From an uncultured Bacteriovoracaceae bacterium (GTDB lineage: Bacteria > Bdellovibrionota > UBA2428), in assembly GCA_964407615.1 (NCBI GenBank), contig CAYOWH010000002.1:3472-67471 (forward strand): 64,000 bases of DNA, written 5' to 3'. A program made the translations under genes and the position numbers. Position 1 is the stretch's first letter. Every line of letters begins with the position of its first letter. Positions 58,426 through 64,000 of the stretch are shown in pieces. The notes under the pieces are model-generated. The model was given only the letters and a program-made list of their open reading frames with translations, was not told the origin of the DNA and ran no database searches.

Positions 58426-60993
58426 TTATGCGAAAAAATCTTCTAAATTATTTTTAAATTGTTCATTAGGATCTGAAAATTTCCAATCCATTGTAGAGTA
58501 AAACCTTTCAACAATAGGCTGAATTATCTTGCTAAACATTTTTTCATAATCAACTTCGAAATGATTTAAAAATTCTTTAGGGAATTTACCTTTATATCCT
58601 AAAACAGATATATCATAAAAATTAGGTTTTTTAATATAAACTATTTTTATTTTATCTCCACTTTTAATTGGCTCATATATATTTTGTATTTTAAATTCCT
58701 CCAAAAAGTAATTGTAATAATATGCAGCTTTAGCATTAATAGGCATTCCTTTACAAGTAGTTATACCATCACATCTTTGCGCATATTTATCTAAATCGGA
58801 AATTCCTTTCGTAATTGAAATATCAATTATATTCGCATTCTCAAAAGCCTCTTTAGTTTTATTAAACATATCATCTATCATTTTCATATCCTTATGAAGG
58901 ATTGTGTTATGAACAATATCTTTAATATGTTTCTTAATAAAATTAGAAATAGAAGCTTGCACAATTTCAACTCCGACATACTTCCATTTATCACAAGGAA
59001 TTCCTTCCTTATCAAGGATATGAACCACATATCTTTTCTTTTGAGTAAACACACCTACATCAGCAATAACCTCTCTCTTGAACTCCAATCTATTATCAAC
59101 AGATAATAATATTTCTTCAGACCATTTCTTCACATTATCATTTAAAAAGTTTTGAAATTCATCAACCAACTTATATCCATCTTCAGTGACCTTGTTATTT
59201 TCAAACATTTTAACACCCATATTTGCCATCGATACATATAAACTATCCGTATCCCCAGCAACCAAATGTTTATCTATAATATCAGGATCATTGATATTAG
59301 TTTTATGTGTAAAAAAATCTGAAAAGATATCTCTAGATTTTTTAATAACGGCTTGACCAGTCAATGTGATGGAACTTGCAATGTCATCATCACCAATCAA
59401 CGAATACTTACTTCCAAACGCACCATAAACTGAATTAATGAAAATCTTTATAGCCTGTTGTTGAGTATTTAATTGAGATATCTTCAACTCCAAATCAGAA
59501 GTATCTTTTAATTGCTTTTTTAATGCAGCGACAGTCCTTTCCAATTTAGACATTTCATTACGAATCTTAACTCTTCGCTTATACATCTTATCGACCAAAT
59601 CCGGATAAACACCTTTCTTTCTTTGTGTAAAAATAATACCAGATCTTGACAAAGCCCATTTTTGTTCTTTGCAAATACTTAAAAATTCAGTATTAGGCTT
59701 TCGATACGACTTCCCATTCATCAATTTAATTTCGACAAATCCATCTTTTGTATTAATATATTTCCCTATTTTAGTTTCGGGAGACATATTCAAAGTTATC
59801 ATTAAATTTGGATACAACGAGTTTGCATCAAAACTTACAATTCCATCATGATGTCCTATTTTAGGCTCATTCACAAATCCCCCCGGATTATTTTTAGGAT
59901 TTGTTCTTACTGTAGTATACAATTTTAATTTCTTCTTACGAGCAGATATTATAGATGCACCAAGTACTACTGCAATGGTACGCAAAGCTGGCTCAAATGT
60001 CGTACAACCCAAATATGCAAGAGATCTTATTTGGTTAAAATATTTTAATTTCTCATCAAGTTTAACTAAAAGTCTAACGTCCTGAATATTATAATCAACA
60101 AACTTATCCCAATTTTCATTCATGAATTGATATAATGATATATCACCATAATCAACTTTCGTTTCACCCAACTCATATTCGCCAATACTATTAAGTTTAT
60201 AAGACTCCCTTTCGCCCCCAGAAAATTTCTTATAAACTTTATAATAGTCGATACAAGATATTCCTTCCAAGTAATGAATATCATCAAGTTTACTTGGGTT
60301 CTTTTCGTTTTTGACTTGCAAGATATAATGTCTGTTTGTAGGAGATAACTCGTTAGCAACATTATCCCCAAGCATAGAATTTATTCTGTTTATAATATAA
60401 GGAATATCATAATTATCGCTATACCACCCAGACAATATATCTGGAGGATCCTTTTTCATAAAATCTATAAACTTATTAAGCAAAACTTCTTCCGAAGAAC
60501 AATAATAATATTCTACATCATCTTCTTTCGGCGTGTAACGTTTTAAACCCCAAACATGAAATTGTTTACTCAAACTATCATAAACTGTAATAACATTAAT
60601 CGGATCTTTAGGATCCGATGGTTCTGAGAATTTGTTTTCGGAAACTGCTTCAATATCGATGAAATATATTTTTAATGGGAATTTATCAAAGTCTTCATCT
60701 TCATTATGCTCCCAATACACATCCAACAAAAGTTGTTGCACTGGTGTAACATTCTCATAAAACTTTCTACCCTCATTAGAGGCTATATATTCTTTCCTTT
60801 CATAAGAAGTATTAAAGGTCTTCTTTTTTACAGGAGTTCCGAAAATACTAAACTCTTTTGAATTGGAAGAGTCTACATATAAGTATGGAGTATATGGATG
60901 AGAATATACACAACGTTTCCCATCGTCGTCCCAAGTATAAACATCTACAGTTCTATTTAAAGGATTAAATACAGCATTTCTATAACCAATCAT
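58426..60993 (-). CDS. DNA polymerase, family B, T4 gp43-like
   Basis: Exo I IYFIDIEAVSE. Motif A FDANSLYPNLMITLN. Motif C VAGDTDSLYVSM. N-terminal VDVYTWDDDGKRCVYSHPYTPYLY matches T4 VERYIDENGKERTREVEYLPTMF. 855 aa. Confidence 0.95.
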   Translation of the reverse strand: MIGYRNAVFNPLNRTVDVYTWDDDGKRCVYSHPYTPYLYVDSSNSKEFSIFGTPVKKKTFNTSYERKEYIASNEGRKFYENVTPVQQLLLDVYWEHNEDEDFDKFPLKIYFIDIEAVSENKFSEPSDPKDPINVITVYDSLSKQFHVWGLKRYTPKEDDVEYYYCSSEEVLLNKFIDFMKKDPPDILSGWYSDNYDIPYIINRINSMLGDNVANELSPTNRHYILQVKNEKNPSKLDDIHYLEGISCIDYYKVYKKFSGGERESYKLNSIGEYELGETKVDYGDISLYQFMNENWDKFVDYNIQDVRLLVKLDEKLKYFNQIRSLAYLGCTTFEPALRTIAVVLGASIISARKKKLKLYTTVRTNPKNNPGGFVNEPKIGHHDGIVSFDANSLYPNLMITLNMSPETKIGKYINTKDGFVEIKLMNGKSYRKPNTEFLSICKEQKWALSRSGIIFTQRKKGVYPDLVDKMYKRRVKIRNEMSKLERTVAALKKQLKDTSDLELKISQLNTQQQAIKIFINSVYGAFGSKYSLIGDDDIASSITLTGQAVIKKSRDIFSDFFTHKTNINDPDIIDKHLVAGDTDSLYVSMANMGVKMFENNKVTEDGYKLVDEFQNFLNDNVKKWSEEILLSVDNRLEFKREVIADVGVFTQKKRYVVHILDKEGIPCDKWKYVGVEIVQASISNFIKKHIKDIVHNTILHKDMKMIDDMFNKTKEAFENANIIDISITKGISDLDKYAQRCDGITTCKGMPINAKAAYYYNYFLEEFKIQNIYEPIKSGDKIKIVYIKKPNFYDISVLGYKGKFPKEFLNHFEVDYEKMFSKIIQPIVERFYSTMDWKFSDPNEQFKNNLEDFFA

Positions 60994-60997
60994 AAAC

Positions 60998-61036
60998 CGA
61001 TCATAGCAATCCTATGACTGCATGTCAATTGTCAAT
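60998..61036 (-). promoter_or_regulatory. sigma70-like promoter (TTGACA-N17-TATGAT, plus a second TTGACA 2 nt upstream), 6 nt from the polymerase ATG. Overlapping a 6-bp hairpin.
   Basis: Minus strand: TTGACAatTTGACAtgcagtcataggattgcTATGATcggtttATG. Hairpin TCATAGcaatcCTATGA at 61001-61017. Confidence 0.4.
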
Positions 61037-62239
61037 TTATTTGTTGTATCTAGATAGAATTTTTCTATCTTTTGATCCATATGGTGTGAAAAATAATTCT
61101 GTATAACTCATGAGATTATCATTGTTTTCTAAAAATCTCTCTTCGGCCACCTTACGTCTCTTGTAAGAAGAGTTTTTATAATGACCCGCTCTTCTCAATT
61201 CATTATCTATCTTATCCAACATTTGCTCTCCAGTTTTAAATTTAATCTCCGCATTTTCATACGTACACATGTCCTGACACGCAACAGGCAATCCAAAAGC
61301 GCAAGCTTCAATATATTTAATATCACTCTTAGATCTATTGAATGTATTGTCCTGAAGAGGAGCAACAGTCATCTGTACACCCAAATCATAAATCTTCTTG
61401 GGATAATCATAAAGTCTTTGCCAAGGATGGAATTCAATCTCCTTGTTGTGAATATATTTTGATAAACCCAAAGGATACGCACCTATAAACACCCATTGAT
61501 ATTTGTAACGACTATCTACGATAGCTTTGATAACATGTTCGAAATCGTCTTTTTGACCAGTTCGGTTCTCAACATCAAAGTGAGCACCACTACCAGTATA
61601 AAGGATACGAGGCTTTTTCTTATTTTTGTCATATAAATAATTTATTCTATCCGCATTAAAATAATCTCCTATCCACATTTTAGAAGGAAAGTTAGGAATT
61701 ACCGTTATTTCACTCTTGCCAGTCCGTTCCTTATATAACTGCTTCATGAATTCACATGTAACACTAACTTCATCACACATGTTAATAATTTCTGTTACAT
61801 TTTTTCTAACCTCATCACTAGTAAAAGCTGGTTTAAATTTATTATAATTAGGAATATCTTCCCGAAAAACTACATCGTCAATTTCATATATTATTTTAAA
61901 ATTGAATTGCTTTTGAACTTCTTTCAAAAATTTGACGAATTCTTTTTGATGTGTAGTAGCTTGCCTTTGAAGGCGAACAGCCTTCACATTAACATACCAC
62001 CTAGGATCCAATACCATGACATTAGTATCAGTTACCATAGCATAGCCTTGATAATTCAACAAATGTGAAACCCAACCAAGTCTATATAACCCACAACCAC
62101 TCAAATCAGCACCAAATTGAACAACTCTAGGCAATTGAGTTTCGGCAGGTGCTTGCGCAGAAGGATTGGAAAAACTTAAATTATTAGCCGTCTTGGAATT
62201 AATATTAAAAGGCAACCTAGGTTTATACGTAGTAATCAT
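61037..62239 (-). CDS. putative GT-B-fold glycosyltransferase (400 aa) where gp47 would be expected
   Basis: C-terminal KYIEACAFGLPVACQDMCTYENAEIKF resembles the GT-B nucleotide-sugar-binding motif, cf. T4 alpha-glucosyltransferase EYTHLELGACGTIPVF...GENLKF. No Mre11/SbcD phosphoesterase motifs. Confidence 0.4.
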   Translation of the reverse strand: MITTYKPRLPFNINSKTANNLSFSNPSAQAPAETQLPRVVQFGADLSGCGLYRLGWVSHLLNYQGYAMVTDTNVMVLDPRWYVNVKAVRLQRQATTHQKEFVKFLKEVQKQFNFKIIYEIDDVVFREDIPNYNKFKPAFTSDEVRKNVTEIINMCDEVSVTCEFMKQLYKERTGKSEITVIPNFPSKMWIGDYFNADRINYLYDKNKKKPRILYTGSGAHFDVENRTGQKDDFEHVIKAIVDSRYKYQWVFIGAYPLGLSKYIHNKEIEFHPWQRLYDYPKKIYDLGVQMTVAPLQDNTFNRSKSDIKYIEACAFGLPVACQDMCTYENAEIKFKTGEQMLDKIDNELRRAGHYKNSSYKRRKVAEERFLENNDNLMSYTELFFTPYGSKDRKILSRYNK

Positions 62240-62277
62240 TGCCAGTATTTAATAATGAAAAATTTATAGTCAATATT

Positions 62278-64000
62278 TTAAAAGGGATTATAGTCTAACA
62301 TTTTAGTAATGCCTTCACGTTTTTCTAAAAAATATACATTTCCAGTAGCAAATGAAATACTCTCTTTTCTATGCGAAATTATATAAACACATTCTCCATA
62401 CATAGAAACACGTTCTTTCAACAATTGAGAAATTAAATTAATAGCCTTCTCATCCAAACAAGAGTCAAATAATTCATCGTATATGCTAACATTATAAATA
62501 ACATTTCCGACAATTCTTCGCATATCCATAAAGGCAAATAAGCATGCAAAATCTATAGCCTTTCTTTCTGCTCCGGAAAAATTAAAATACGAACATATCT
62601 CACCTTTATCATTTTTTATAATTTCATCAAATGTCTCATTAAAATAACAAGTACAATTTGCATCTAATCTATTCAAATAGTAATCCAATCTTTCATTGAA
62701 AGTAGATAACAATCTATTCACAATAACTGTCTTAACACCCTCTTCAGAAAATATATGTTTAGCCAAATCATATATTCTCAAATTAAAATATAAATCGTCT
62801 AAACTTTTTTTGTTATTTTCAACTTGTATAGTTTGTTCCGGAATTAATTCATCTATATCAGTTTTTTCAGATTTTAATTCGGCTATATCAGAATTTAAAT
62901 TATTTAACCAAGATTCAATGTGATTGATTCTTTCGGAGAAATCTTTCTTTTGGGAATTTTCAACTTTAATTTTAGAAAGATCTGAGTTTAATGTTTTAAT
63001 TTTTTCGTTACCTCTTTTTCTTTGATCTTCTAATTTGGAAATATTATCTTGAACAATATTCAACTCTCCAATACTTAAATTAATGTTGTTTTGTAAATTA
63101 GATATTTCAGATTCTAATATATGTCTATCGTGATCCTCAATCTTACGTAAGCATGTAGGACATGATGAATCTTTAATTGACATCTTTTTTATAGATACTT
63201 TGTAACCATTTATCAAAGTTTCTAATTCAGTTTTTTTAGATAAATTACTTCTAAGTTTAGTATCAATAGAATTTAAAGCTTTCTCGCATTTAAGAATTAA
63301 ATGTTGCGTCTCATCCACAGATTTTTCTTCAAAAGATGAAAGTTTCTCAAACAAAACATTCAAAGTTCTTTCGTTTCCTTCTTTTCGAGTCAATAAATCA
63401 TCTATTTTACTTTTTCTAGAATCTAAAATAGAACTTCTCCTAGCATTTAAAGTATCTAGATTTCTAACAGATTCTTCGTATTTACTCTTCTCATTCTCTA
63501 TAATTCTTTTAGTATTATTATAATCCAACCTAGCATGATTCTGTATTTCGGAGAAAAATATAAGATTGAAAATACCTTCGATAAATTTTTTCTTGTCAAC
63601 TTTTCCTTTTGCCATAAAAGGAATGGTATCGTTCATGGTCATCACTACACAATTTTGAAAAACATTTGATGTAGCATTTAATAATAAATGAATATCCTCT
63701 TCGGTATTTTTTATAGAATCTCTAGTAATACATTCTCCATTCTTATAAAATGTAAGAGAACTATTTGGATTCTTTCGGATTAATTTATAATTATCAGTAG
63801 ATGATGTAGTGGCTATATCAAATTCCAATTCAACTACACATTCTTTTTTAGTGTACCTATTCTGAATTAAATCCTTTTTTAATTCACGCATGGTAGTCCC
63901 AAATACAGCAAAGTACAAGGCTTCCATCATAGAAGACTTTCCTATACCATTTTGTCTTCCATCTTTATCTCTATTAATTCCAGTAACTATATGCACCCCC
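62278..64000 (-). CDS. recombination endonuclease ATPase subunit, T4 gp46-like (SbcC/Rad50 family). N-terminus truncated by the window end.
   Basis: GRQNGIGKSSMMEALYFAVFG P-loop matches T4 GRNGGGKSTMLEAITFGLFG. Zinc hook SSCPTCLRKI matches T4 GLCPTCLSQL. Signature and D-loop ERKAIDFACLFAF...SIYDELFDSCLDEK. The frame is open to 64000. Confidence 0.8.
   Translation of the reverse strand, partial: GVHIVTGINRDKDGRQNGIGKSSMMEALYFAVFGTTMRELKKDLIQNRYTKKECVVELEFDIATTSSTDNYKLIRKNPNSSLTFYKNGECITRDSIKNTEEDIHLLLNATSNVFQNCVVMTMNDTIPFMAKGKVDKKKFIEGIFNLIFFSEIQNHARLDYNNTKRIIENEKSKYEESVRNLDTLNARRSSILDSRKSKIDDLLTRKEGNERTLNVLFEKLSSFEEKSVDETQHLILKCEKALNSIDTKLRSNLSKKTELETLINGYKVSIKKMSIKDSSCPTCLRKIEDHDRHILESEISNLQNNINLSIGELNIVQDNISKLEDQRKRGNEKIKTLNSDLSKIKVENSQKKDFSERINHIESWLNNLNSDIAELKSEKTDIDELIPEQTIQVENNKKSLDDLYFNLRIYDLAKHIFSEEGVKTVIVNRLLSTFNERLDYYLNRLDANCTCYFNETFDEIIKNDKGEICSYFNFSGAERKAIDFACLFAFMDMRRIVGNVIYNVSIYDELFDSCLDEKAINLISQLLKERVSMYGECVYIISHRKESISFATGNVYFLEKREGITKMLDYNPF

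Noticed and set aside
61037-62239. 400-aa ORF as a gp47/Mre11 nuclease on positional grounds
   Set aside because: It lacks all metallophosphoesterase signature motifs, and its C-terminal motif fits a GT-B glycosyltransferase instead.
1-64000. TATAAATA occurrences elsewhere as late promoters
   Set aside because: At this GC content the octamer is expected about 15-20 times per strand by chance. I flagged only the two boxes with matching N5 spacing to start codons.

Overview
This 64-kb window is a contiguous piece of a very AT-rich T4-like (Straboviridae-type) myovirus genome. GC is roughly 25-30% by eye. Almost all genes lie on the minus strand and are tightly packed or overlapping, with no rRNA, tRNA or CRISPR. 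The order below follows the minus strand, from high to low coordinates.

**DNA replication and recombination module (64000 down to ~49100):**
- gp46/SbcC-like ATPase, truncated at the window edge.
- A 400-aa GT-B-like glycosyltransferase.
- Family-B DNA polymerase (gp43).
- UvsX recombinase.
- A 231-aa DxD (GT-A-like) protein.
- gp41 DnaB-like helicase.
- gp32 single-stranded DNA-binding protein.
- gp45 sliding clamp.
- gp61 primase.
- Many small unknown ORFs, three convincing intrinsic terminators and a sigma70-like promoter.

**Small-gene cassette and fibre locus (~49100 down to 35288):**
- A cassette of small unknown genes.
- A divergently transcribed L-type-lectin-like gene on the plus strand.
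- Three giant fibre/adhesin genes of 499, 1702 and about 1421 aa. They carry 14-aa tandem repeats, Ig-like, LamG-like and PA14 domains, and tail-fibre repeats with NHL and RCC1 beta-propellers.

**Packaging and tail module (35288 down to ~16600):**
- Three plus-strand genes, including a highly acidic Gly/Glu/Asp-rich protein with a strong terminator.
- Large terminase (gp17-like).
- Tail sheath (gp18-like).
- Three tail-tube-fold paralogues.
- A 1032-aa tape-measure-like protein.
- Hub-region proteins, including a gp5-position protein with a 3D/MltA-like C-terminus.

**Replication island inside the structural block:** dUTPase and the clamp-loader large subunit gp44 sit between the hub-region genes and gp25.

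**Baseplate wedge (down to 1):** gp25-like, gp6-like (Baseplate_J), then a series of large N/Y/I-rich structural proteins. One begins with a PKD domain, and the last runs off the window start.

The supplied ORF track uses ATG, GTG and TTG as starts. I corrected several starts to internal ATGs where the first codon was TTG. All functional calls are from motif and pattern recognition by eye, without database searches.
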